From Elusimicrobiota bacterium (GTDB taxonomy: Bacteria; CG03; SLGR01; JBDRKX01), in NCBI GenBank assembly GCA_043813605.1, contig JBDRKX010000035.1, positions 1-27,469 of the forward strand: 27,469 bases of DNA, given 5' to 3'. The notes under the pieces were generated by a model that saw only the letters and a program-made list of their open reading frames with translations, made no database searches and was not told the DNA's origin. This document shows positions 8,357 to 16,901 of the stretch, in pieces. Position 1 is the first letter of the stretch, and every line of letters starts with the position of its first letter. The translations under genes were made by a program, and so were the position numbers.

Positions 8357-8692
8357 TCATTTTTTAGAAAAATATATCTTCAAATCCTTTGGTGTAGAAA
8401 AAATATAGTCATACCATTGCCCAGTTGCTTCGCAGTCATCAGAACTATGTTTTTTACATTGTTTGGGACGTTTATCATAAATCCGGCATAGATTATTCTT
8501 TTTTAAATGCATACATTTGCTATCAACTAAAATATACCATCTGTGATTTTTAATATACACTTTTATTGCTCGATACTGTAGTTGCCATAACAAATCTTCT
8601 TTTTCTCTATCAGTTCTAGGTTTTGTAATTGGAGTTGCATATCCCACACAACAATATGAAGGACATTTTATACATGTGTTATTTTTTTTCAT
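8357..8692 (-). CDS. YkgJ-family (CxxCxxCC-type) zinc/iron-chelating protein
   Basis: CIKCPSYCC, CMHL, CRIYDKRPKQC. Confidence 0.85.
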   Translation of the reverse strand: MKKNNTCIKCPSYCCVGYATPITKPRTDREKEDLLWQLQYRAIKVYIKNHRWYILVDSKCMHLKKNNLCRIYDKRPKQCKKHSSDDCEATGQWYDYIFSTPKDLKIYFSKK

Positions 8693-8766
8693 ATATTATG
8701 CGTGATGAAATATTATATTCTCATTTTTTCTACAAATCACATCGGAATAGAAAGCGGCTTCTTTTA

Positions 8767-9265
8767 TTAAACTTCATCATCTTGTGTTTCTATCCATGTT
8801 TGTCGTGAGCATTCGTAGGAAGTCGGTATTATCTTATGTCCCGAATCACAATAGGTCGCAGAGAAACCTTGGAGTTTCTCTCCATTGGCAACGAGCATGA
8901 GAGATAGACTACCACGATCTAAAGCCTTTTTGTCATTAGCAAAGTAGGTTCCTGTCAAAATAAGATTACGGAATGTTCCATAAAAAGAATATGTCTTCCC
9001 CTGTTCAGCAGCCTGTAACAGCAGTTAAGGTACCAGATGTTTTATGCCCAATTCGTTTCAGTTCCCAAATCTCGTCCCAGCAATCATCATCAATTCTTAA
9101 GCGTGCATACCATTTCCCTTCAATATATGCATCTTTGTAAACCTGATCCTCAAACCAAGGGGATATCATCTTCACCCAAATCTGACGTAGAACGACTACA
9201 ATAAGCGTCGTCACAAGACCAGAAAAAATTCCTACTGATAACGCCGATATCATGTTGAACTTCAT
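8767..9265 (-). pseudogene. Frameshifted membrane-anchored beta-rich protein resembling the SMODS-associated 2TM/beta-strand-rich (Cap15-like) effector
   Basis: ORFs 9005..9265 and 8767..8958 join into about 165 aa if one base near 9008-9012 is removed (...AVTG-AEQGKTYSFYGTFRNLILTGTYF...). The span is 499 nt = 3n+1. N-terminal TM helix, IEGKW, then alternating beta-strands. Confidence 0.6.
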
Positions 9266-9435
9266 TCATTTACCTCCAAATATCATCTCATTCTTAACAA
9301 TAGATAACTATAACGGCTTTCTATTCTATATTTTCGGTCAAACATACAGAAAGAACCAGTTCTTCAAAAGTATATCTCACTTACAAGCTGCTAATCTCCG
9401 CATATTTCATTCTACTATATCTACACAATTTCACC

Positions 9436-9472
9436 CATATTGTATAAACAATCTCCGGGGAAAACAAGCGTA
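9436..9472 (+). repeat. 37-bp dispersed direct repeat, copy 2
   Basis: CATATTGTATAAACAATCTCCGGGGAAAACAAGCGTA; 3 mismatches versus 6884-6920. Confidence 0.9.
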
Positions 9473-9474
9473 TC

Positions 9475-9506
9475 TGCAGTGGAACATGCAGTGGAACAGT
9501 GGAACA
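9475..9506 (+). repeat. Short tandem repeat (CAGTGGAACA x3)
   Basis: Copies at 9477-9486, 9489-9498 and 9497-9506 (the last two overlap by 2 nt). Confidence 0.8.
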
Positions 9507-9709
9507 GCAGGAATTTATAGATTTGTCATTTTTTTACACTAAAAGTTTTATCGATAGAACACTCATCATTTCGCCATTACGTAAACCTTGTCCTACTTCC
9601 TATTTTGGGAATCCGTAACTTCTTGTATATTATTTTAATCAGGAGCAGTTAATTGCTATATCAATCTATAAACAGATATAAATGTTTGTGATTAAAGAAG
9701 GAGTTTAAT

Positions 9710-9922
9710 ATGTGCCCGGGAGTTCATGTAAAGGATAATGAAGTTGTATTTGATGCGGCCGGGGTTGCAGAGTATCTAAAAATAAAGAAGAATACAATTT
9801 ATATTTGGGTTTCACAAAAGAGGGTCCCATATGTAAAAATAGGGAGAAGAACGGTTTTTTTGAAGAGAGAAATAGATCGATGGCTGCGGGAAAATCTTGT
9901 TAAAGAAAATATTATAATTTGA
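9710..9922 (+). CDS. Excisionase-like HTH (HTH_17/Xis family)
   Basis: VAEYLKIKKNTIYIWVSQKRVPYVKIGRRTVF...IDRWL; AAGGAG RBS; directly upstream of the integrase. Confidence 0.88.
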   Translation: MCPGVHVKDNEVVFDAAGVAEYLKIKKNTIYIWVSQKRVPYVKIGRRTVFLKREIDRWLRENLVKENIII

Positions 9923-9947
9923 CACAATATTGTTAATTAAATAAACT
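9919..9947 (+). promoter_or_regulatory. Sigma70-type promoter for the integrase
   Basis: TTGACA (9919-9924), 17-bp spacer, TAAACT (9942-9947). Confidence 0.65.
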
Positions 9948-9978
9948 AATAAAAATAATTAAAAGGAAATATAAAAAA

Positions 9979-11064
9979 ATGGGTATTTTTCAGCAAAAAT
10001 TAGTTAAATATATTAGTAACGGAAAACCTAAATATAAAAGGGTAAGGTTTGACAAGCCTGTAAAAGGTATGGATTGGTTTATCGATTATTATGTGAGTGG
10101 AAGACGTGTTGTAGAGAGAATCGGCCCGAATAAAGCACAAGCCGGAATTGTATTGCAAAAAAGAAGAGTAGCAGCAGCAGAAAATAGGCATCTGGATATA
10201 AATAGAACTAAAAAAATCAGGTTTTATGACTTTGTAGATAAATATATAGAAGTTTATTCAAAAGTGAACAATAGATCTTATAAAGACGACATAAGTAGAA
10301 GTAAGAAATTAAAAGAGTATTTTGGAAATGTACTTTTAGATACAATTACATTATTAGAGATCGAAGAATATAAGAACAAAAGAATAGAGGCAGTAAAAGG
10401 ATCGACAGTAAACAGGGAACTGGCTCTGCTAAAATCACTGTATAATAAAGCAATTGATTGGAAATATTTAAACAGTAATCCGGTTAAAGGGATAAGGTTT
10501 TTTAAAGAGACCGGTAGAATAAGATATCTTTCCGAGGATGAAATCAAACGTCTGTTAGAATGTATTGACGAATTGATAAAGCCTGTTGTGATTACAGGTT
10601 TAAATACCGGTATGAGAAAAGGTGAAATATTTAATTTAAAATGGGATGATATTGACTTGCAGCAAAATATCCTGCATGTGAAAAAGAGTAAGACCGGGGA
10701 TGTAAGAAGTATACCAATAAATAATACATTGCGGAAGTGTCTTATTGAATTAAAAAACGGGAATGGCCATAGTAATAATGGGCATGTATTTTTAAATTTA
10801 AATAATGCTCCATATAAAGATATTAGAAAACTATTTTTCAAAGCATTAGAAAGAGCGAATATAAAAAATTTTAAATTTCATGATATCAGGCATACTGCCG
10901 CTTCGCATATGACTATGAACGGGGTGGATCTTAAAACTCTTAAAGACTTATTGGGACATAAAAGAATTGAGACAACAATAAAATACGCGCATTTGTCACC
11001 GTTGCATGGAAGAAAAGCAATAATGGTATTAGATTCAGTAATGCCGGGGAATGGTGCCGTATAA
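9979..11064 (+). CDS. Tyrosine recombinase / phage-type integrase
   Basis: Catalytic residues in TGMRKGE (R), KSKTG (K), FHDIRH (H-x-x-R), LLGH (H) and KYAH (Y); N-terminal arm-binding-like and SAM-like (STVNREL) regions. Confidence 0.95.
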   Translation: MGIFQQKLVKYISNGKPKYKRVRFDKPVKGMDWFIDYYVSGRRVVERIGPNKAQAGIVLQKRRVAAAENRHLDINRTKKIRFYDFVDKYIEVYSKVNNRSYKDDISRSKKLKEYFGNVLLDTITLLEIEEYKNKRIEAVKGSTVNRELALLKSLYNKAIDWKYLNSNPVKGIRFFKETGRIRYLSEDEIKRLLECIDELIKPVVITGLNTGMRKGEIFNLKWDDIDLQQNILHVKKSKTGDVRSIPINNTLRKCLIELKNGNGHSNNGHVFLNLNNAPYKDIRKLFFKALERANIKNFKFHDIRHTAASHMTMNGVDLKTLKDLLGHKRIETTIKYAHLSPLHGRKAIMVLDSVMPGNGAV

Positions 11065-11158
11065 TGAAAAAAGTAGTTACAATATGGTTACAACTATTGT
11101 TCTTAGATAAAATGTGGATAGGCAATAACAAAGAGTTATTGACGACAAAGTTTTGAGT

Positions 11159-11234
11159 GGGTCGCTAGCTCAATTGGCAGAGCAACGGACTCTTAATCCG
11201 TAGGTTACAGGTTCGATTCCTGTGCGGCCTACCA
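11159..11234 (+). tRNA. tRNA-Lys (CTT)
   Basis: Acceptor GGGTCGC/GCGGCCT, anticodon arm ACGGA-CTCTTAA-TCCGT, GGTTCGATTCC T-arm, encoded CCA; 76 nt. Confidence 0.96.
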
Positions 11235-11260
11235 TGTGTTCTTTTTTTTATTTTTTTTTT

Positions 11261-11345
11261 GTCGCGGTGGCGGAATTGGCAGACGCGCTAGGTTTAGGAC
11301 CTAGTTCCCCAGGGAGTGCGAGTTCAAATCTCGCTCGCGACACCA
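11261..11345 (+). tRNA. tRNA-Leu (TAG)
   Basis: Acceptor GTCGCGG/TCGCGAC, anticodon arm CTAGG-TTTAGGA-CCTAG, long variable arm, CCA; 85 nt; common position upstream of tig. Confidence 0.96.
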
Positions 11346-11385
11346 TATGGGCAAAAAGCCGAAAATTTTGTGAAAGGAACCGAAA

Positions 11386-12654
11386 ATGGAAAATTTGGAA
11401 TATACTGTAAAAAATGAACCCCAGTGTGTCATAGAGATGAAAATAGAAGTAGCTCAATCAAGAGTTGAGGCTGAATTTGAGAAAATCATAAGTCATATCA
11501 GAAAAAATGTGAGTATGCCGGGTTTTAGAAAAGGTAACGTGCCGATTAATATAATAAAAGAAAGGTATAATTCTGAGGCAAGGCAGGAGCTTATAAACCG
11601 GGTCGCTCCGGAAGCTATAAGCAAAGTTATAGAGAAAGAAAATTTAAATCCCGTTACTACTCCTAAGATAACTGATTACACTATTAACAGCGGAGAGCCC
11701 TTGAAACTCAGCGTGAAGATAGAAGTATATCCCGAAATACAGCTGAAGAAATATAAAAAGATAAAACTGGAGAAAAAAGAGTATTCGGTTGATGAAAAAG
11801 ATGTTGAAAACACTATTCAGAGTTTCCGTGAGAATAATGCCGTACTGAACACAAAAGAAGGCGAGGCGGGAGACAGAGATTATGTCGTCGTTAATCTGGA
11901 AGCGCGGTTTGATGCGAAAAAAATAGACCTCGGGCTTCCTGAGGAAATCCTGATGGAGATAGGCGGACAGACTGTTATGCCCGGATTCGATGGAAATATA
12001 ATGGGTATGAAGAAAGGTGATACAAAAGAGTTTAAATACAGATTTCCTGAAAACTTCCATAAAGACGAACTGAAAGGAAAGGAAGCCCAGTTCAATGTTA
12101 CAGTTAAGGAGATAAAGGAAAAAAATCTGCCTGATAACAAAGAAATTGCAGAAAGCCTCGGCCATGAATCACCTGAACAGCTGAGCGAAAAGATAAGGGA
12201 AAACCTTGAAAAGAGGATGGCAAAAGCGTCGGAAGACGATATGGAGAACCAGATCATCGACTATCTTCTGGAAAAACATGATTTTGAGTTACCGGCGGGT
12301 CTTATAGAAGAGAGTGTGGAAGACAGTAAAAAGAAAATGGCAGACTACATAGCCGGTCAGGGCGGTGATCCCGATAAGGTAGATGAAACAAAAATAAGAG
12401 AAAAAGTGTTGAGAGAGCTGAAGGCGGGAGTGATTCTGGCTGAGATCGCGAAAGAAGAGAATATTAAAGTAGAGGAATCAGATAAAAAAAGTGAAGAAGA
12501 CAAGATAGTAAAAATGCTGGGCGAAGATAACAAAGCTAACAGGGAAAAAGCGCAGCAGTTTATTAATGGGAATGTGATACTGACGCGTAAAGTTTTCGAT
12601 CTTATCATAAAGAACGCGAAGATCAAGAAAGTAGCAGCATCAGCTGCTAAATAA
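11386..12654 (+). CDS. tig: Trigger factor
   Basis: Ribosome-binding signature PGFRKG, FKBP-like middle domain, tig-clpP-clpX-lon order. Confidence 0.95.
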   Translation: MENLEYTVKNEPQCVIEMKIEVAQSRVEAEFEKIISHIRKNVSMPGFRKGNVPINIIKERYNSEARQELINRVAPEAISKVIEKENLNPVTTPKITDYTINSGEPLKLSVKIEVYPEIQLKKYKKIKLEKKEYSVDEKDVENTIQSFRENNAVLNTKEGEAGDRDYVVVNLEARFDAKKIDLGLPEEILMEIGGQTVMPGFDGNIMGMKKGDTKEFKYRFPENFHKDELKGKEAQFNVTVKEIKEKNLPDNKEIAESLGHESPEQLSEKIRENLEKRMAKASEDDMENQIIDYLLEKHDFELPAGLIEESVEDSKKKMADYIAGQGGDPDKVDETKIREKVLRELKAGVILAEIAKEENIKVEESDKKSEEDKIVKMLGEDNKANREKAQQFINGNVILTRKVFDLIIKNAKIKKVAASAAK

Positions 12655-12668
12655 TCGGGAGGATAAAA

Positions 12669-13304
12669 ATGGAAAAAAAAGAAGAATTTATGCAGCTTGT
12701 CCCCATGGTGGTTGAAAAAAGTCAGTATGGTGAAAGAGCATATGATATATACTCACGGCTTCTTAAAGACAGGATCATATTCGTTGGCACCCCCATAGAT
12801 GATACTATATCTAACCTGATTATCGCCCAGTTGCTCTTTCTTGAAGCAGAAAATCCGGATAAGGAGATATCCCTGTATATTAATTCCCCCGGAGGCGTTG
12901 TAACTGCCGGGCTGGCGATATACGATACCATTCAGTATGTGACACCGACTATTTCGACCATATGTATGGGGCAGGCAGCTTCGATGGCAGCTGTCATTCT
13001 CGCAGCGGGAGAAAAAGGCAAAAGATATGCATTGCCGAATTCCCGCGTATTAATACACCAGCCTCTGGGCGGAGTGCAGGGGCAGGCAACAGATATAGGC
13101 ATACAGGCCCAGGAGATAATGAGGATGAAGGCCATATTGAACAAGATATTGGCTGAACATACAGGAAAGGAAATAAGTGAACTGGAAAAGGATACTGAAA
13201 GGGATTTTTTTATGACCGCAGATGCGGCAAAAGCATATGGAATTGTAGATGAAGTTATTTCCAGCAGAGCTGAGCTGCAAAAAAAGGAGACATCTAATGA
13301 GTGA
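12669..13304 (+). CDS. clpP: ATP-dependent Clp protease proteolytic subunit
   Basis: [26 protein letters not shown] (catalytic Ser), IHQP, ERD; GGAGG RBS. Confidence 0.98.
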   Translation: MEKKEEFMQLVPMVVEKSQYGERAYDIYSRLLKDRIIFVGTPIDDTISNLIIAQLLFLEAENPDKEISLYINSPGGVVTAGLAIYDTIQYVTPTISTICMGQAASMAAVILAAGEKGKRYALPNSRVLIHQPLGGVQGQATDIGIQAQEIMRMKAILNKILAEHTGKEISELEKDTERDFFMTADAAKAYGIVDEVISSRAELQKKETSNE

Positions 13305-14578
13305 CAATATAATTGATCATAATATGAAAAAATGTGTTTTCTGCGGTAAATCCGAAGAGGAAGCGGTGAAACTTGTGGGTGGCAGAGGAACATTCATATG
13401 TGCGGAATGCATAGATACATCCCATCAGCTGATACACGACCTTCTGGAACAGGAAAAGCGCAGTAATATAAAGCATATTCCCAAACCCAGAGTGATAAAG
13501 AATATACTCGATGAATATATTATAGGCCAGCATGAAGCTAAAAAGATCATATCTGTAGCAGTCTATAACCACTATAAAAGAGCCGGTGTGAGCGGCAATG
13601 GCCCGTTTGTGATACAAAACAGTGACCAGAGACAGAAAATTGAACTGGATGAAGAAGTGGAACTTGAAAAATCGAATATACTGCTTGCCGGACCGACAGG
13701 CACCGGGAAAACACTGCTTGCGAAGACACTTTCAAAAATACTTGATGTGCCTTTTGCCATAGCTGATGCGACTACTCTTACTGAAGCCGGATATGTAGGT
13801 GAAGATGTGGAGAATATATTACTAAGGCTCCTTCAAAATGCAGGATTCGACACACATCTGGCGGAATGGGGAATAATCTATGTAGATGAAATAGATAAAA
13901 TATCACGGAAATCCGAAACACCTTCAATTACAAGGGATGTTTCAGGAGAAGGTGTTCAGCAGGCCCTCCTGAAAATACTGGAGGGAACAATCGCTAACGT
14001 TCCTCCTCAGGGAGGAAGAAAGCACCCGCAGCAGAAGTTTATCCAGATAGATAGATACGACGAACATTCTTTTTATTTGCGGCGGTGCTTTCAGCGGCCT
14101 GGAAGACATAATTGCCGGCAGATTAAGTGAAAAGAAAATGGGTTTCGGTGCACAGCTTGTGAAGGGTAAGATGAATGATGTCGGAGAGATATTCAAGCAT
14201 ATAGAGCCGGAAGATCTTATTAAATACGGGCTGATCCCGGAACTGGTGGGAAGGATGCCTGTGGTAGGGCCTTTTCATGATCTTAATGAAGAGGAGCTGG
14301 CCAGTATACTGGTCACACCCAGAAATTCAATTATCAAGCAGTACCAAAAACTGTTTGCAATGGAAGGAGTGGAACTGGAATTCACACAGACTGCTTTGCA
14401 TAAGATAGCCAGTCTGGCAAAGGAAAAGGCAAGAGGGGCCAGAAGTCTCAGAACAATAATAGAGCATCTCATGCTCGATCTGATGTATGATATACCTGAC
14501 AGAAACAATATAGTGAAATGTATAGTGAACGAAGATGTTATCGAGAACAGGTCTGAACCTGAATTAAAAACGGCATAA
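13297..14578 (+). pseudogene. clpX: ClpX ATPase with a +4 frameshift at (AGAT)3, 14045-14056
   Basis: Zn finger CVFCGK...[38 protein letters not shown]. Removing one AGAT restores [17 protein letters not shown] and a 425-aa protein continuing into ORF 14138..14578. Confidence 0.9.
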
Positions 14579-14582
14579 TGTA

Positions 14583-16901
14583 ATGGTAAAACGGATTAAA
14601 AAAACCAGTATATACCCTCTTCTGCCGGTAAGGGACATCGTGATTTTCCCTTATATGCTGGTACCTTTGGCTGTAGGGCGGCGGCGGTCCCTTAACGCTA
14701 TACAGAAAGTAGTGGAAAACGACGGTAAAATAGTCATTGCTACTCAAAAAAACATTTATGACGAAAATCCTGTTGATGAGGATATATACAAAGTAGGTGT
14801 TCTGGGTACTATTATACAGACACTAAATCTTCCCGACGGGAGCGCAAGGATACTTATCGAAGGAGAAAAACGGGTCGTTATCAACAAATTTATGCCAAAT
14901 GATGAATATTATCAGGTGGAAGTCGAATATCCGTCTGTTGTCATGCCTGAGTGTTCTGATAACCATTTACGTGCTATTATGCGCAAGATAACGGATCTTT
15001 TTGAGGATTATGCTAAACTTAATCCCAGGATAGATCTCGGTTCGTATGCAATATTGGATGAGATAGAAGATGCTGATAAACTGGCGGATGTTATTGTCAG
15101 TCATATAAGATTGAAAAAGCAGCAGGCGCAGAGAGTCCTTGCCCAGTTCAATCCCCTTAAGCGTATAGAAAAACTGTCTGCTATAATAAAAAAGGAGATC
15201 GAGATACTTTCCATACAGAGAGAGATAGATGGAAGGGTCAAGGACCAGATGGACAGGTCTACAAAGGAATACTATCTCTCGGAACAGATGAAAGCCATAA
15301 AAAAAGAACTTGATGGAAAAGATATGCACGGAGATGAGATTCGGGAGTATGAAGAGAAGATAAATTCTTTGCACATGCCGGAAGAAGCTAAGGAACAAGC
15401 TATTAAAGAACTGGACAGGTTAAAGAAAATGATGCCTTTTTCTCCCGAGGGAACAGTTATAAGAACTTATCTGGATTGGCTTATAAAGTTACCCTGGAAT
15501 AAAAAGTCAGCGAATAATCTGGATCTGAAAAAAGCCGGCATTATACTTGAATCCGAACATTACGGACTGGATGAAGCAAAAGAGAGAATACTTGAATACC
15601 TTGCTGTATCGAAATTATCGAAGAAGCTAAAGACCCCTATCATATGTTTTATAGGCCCTCCCGGTACTGGAAAGACTTCTTTCGGGCGTTCCATTGCACA
15701 TGCTTTGGGCAGGGAATTTACCAGGGTCTCTCTGGGCGGAATAAGGGATGAAGCGGAAATAAGAGGCCACCGCCGCACATACATAGGTGCGATGCCGGGC
15801 AGAATAATACAGTCCATAACAAAAACAGGCAGTAAAAATCCGGTTTTCCTGCTTGATGAAGTGGATAAAATGGGTAAGGATTTCAGAGGTGATCCGTCGT
15901 CAGCTCTTCTTGAGGCACTTGATCCTGAACAAAATAAAAATTTCAGTGACCATTATCTGGAAGTTGAGTTTGATCTTTCAGATGTCATGTTTATCACTAC
16001 GGCTAACACAAGTTCCACTATTCCTCCTGCTATGCTGGACAGGATGGAGCAGATAAAATTCCCGGGATATATGCCGGATGAAAAAATTAAAATTGCACAG
16101 AAGTTCCTTGTGCCCAAACAGATAAATGAAAACGGGCTCAAGGGAAGAGACGTATCTTTCACTGACGGAGCAATCAATCAGATAATAGAGAATTTTACCA
16201 GGGAAGCCGGTGTAAGGAACCTTGAGAGGGAGATTGCGAAAATTATGCGCAAGATAGCGGGGAAAGTGGTCAGAAAAGAGATAGTATCCGCAAAAATAAC
16301 TGGGAATAAGGTTGAACATTACCTTGGAGTACCGAAGTATTCCAAATTGCGGGCCCATCAGAATGATATAGGGGTAGCGGCCGGATTATCATGGACACCG
16401 AACGGCGGAGAATCACTTTCGATTGAAGTATCACTTATGCCGGGAGACGGTAAGTTACAACTGACTGGGACTCTGGGAGATGTTATGAAGGAATCGGCAC
16501 AGGCAGCAATGAGCTATATAAGGGCAAATGCCAGATCCTTTGGAATAAAAGAAGAGTTTCATAAGAATAAAGATGTACATATACATGTGCCTGCCGGTGC
16601 TGTTCCAAAAGAGGGGCCTTCTGCGGGGATCACTATATGCACTGCACTGCTTTCTGTATTGCTGGGAAAACCCATAAAAAAAGATGTCGTAATGACAGGG
16701 GAGATCACCCTGAGCGGAAAAGTACTGGAAATAGGCGGTCTGAAGGAAAAGATGCTTGCGGCTCACAGGGATGGTTTTAAGACTATAATATTCCCGGCAG
16801 AAAACAAGAAAAATCTTGCGGAGATACCGGGTAAGATAAAGAAAAATATGAATTTAGTACCAGTAGAGGATTTTAAGGAGGTTATAGAACATGTCTTCTG
16901 A
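14583..16901 (+). CDS. lon: Lon (endopeptidase La) protease
   Basis: LON N-domain, GPPGTGKT, HRRTYIGAMPG, LLDEVDK, PKEGPSAG (catalytic Ser), GGLKEK (catalytic Lys). Confidence 0.98.
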   Translation: MVKRIKKTSIYPLLPVRDIVIFPYMLVPLAVGRRRSLNAIQKVVENDGKIVIATQKNIYDENPVDEDIYKVGVLGTIIQTLNLPDGSARILIEGEKRVVINKFMPNDEYYQVEVEYPSVVMPECSDNHLRAIMRKITDLFEDYAKLNPRIDLGSYAILDEIEDADKLADVIVSHIRLKKQQAQRVLAQFNPLKRIEKLSAIIKKEIEILSIQREIDGRVKDQMDRSTKEYYLSEQMKAIKKELDGKDMHGDEIREYEEKINSLHMPEEAKEQAIKELDRLKKMMPFSPEGTVIRTYLDWLIKLPWNKKSANNLDLKKAGIILESEHYGLDEAKERILEYLAVSKLSKKLKTPIICFIGPPGTGKTSFGRSIAHALGREFTRVSLGGIRDEAEIRGHRRTYIGAMPGRIIQSITKTGSKNPVFLLDEVDKMGKDFRGDPSSALLEALDPEQNKNFSDHYLEVEFDLSDVMFITTANTSSTIPPAMLDRMEQIKFPGYMPDEKIKIAQKFLVPKQINENGLKGRDVSFTDGAINQIIENFTREAGVRNLEREIAKIMRKIAGKVVRKEIVSAKITGNKVEHYLGVPKYSKLRAHQNDIGVAAGLSWTPNGGESLSIEVSLMPGDGKLQLTGTLGDVMKESAQAAMSYIRANARSFGIKEEFHKNKDVHIHVPAGAVPKEGPSAGITICTALLSVLLGKPIKKDVVMTGEITLSGKVLEIGGLKEKMLAAHRDGFKTIIFPAENKKNLAEIPGKIKKNMNLVPVEDFKEVIEHVF

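Larger units (their letters stand above)
1..11158. mobile_element. Putative integrative element / genomic island, right part; left boundary not seen
   Basis: xis-int next to a tRNA, accessory and relic genes, AT-rich by eye. Whether the repair operon (1-6705) is inside the element is not established. Confidence 0.5.

Noticed and set aside
9252..9542. 96-aa plus-strand ORF
   Set aside because: No recognisable motifs or RBS; it overlaps repeat-rich regulatory DNA.
11239..11260. Long T-rich tract between the two tRNAs as a terminator
   Set aside because: No dedicated GC hairpin apart from the tRNA itself; homopolymer length is unreliable.
11222..11457. ORFs 11222..11410 and 11248..11457
   Set aside because: They overlap tRNA genes and are spurious.
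14138..14578. Separate 146-aa gene
   Set aside because: It is the C-terminal part of frameshifted clpX.
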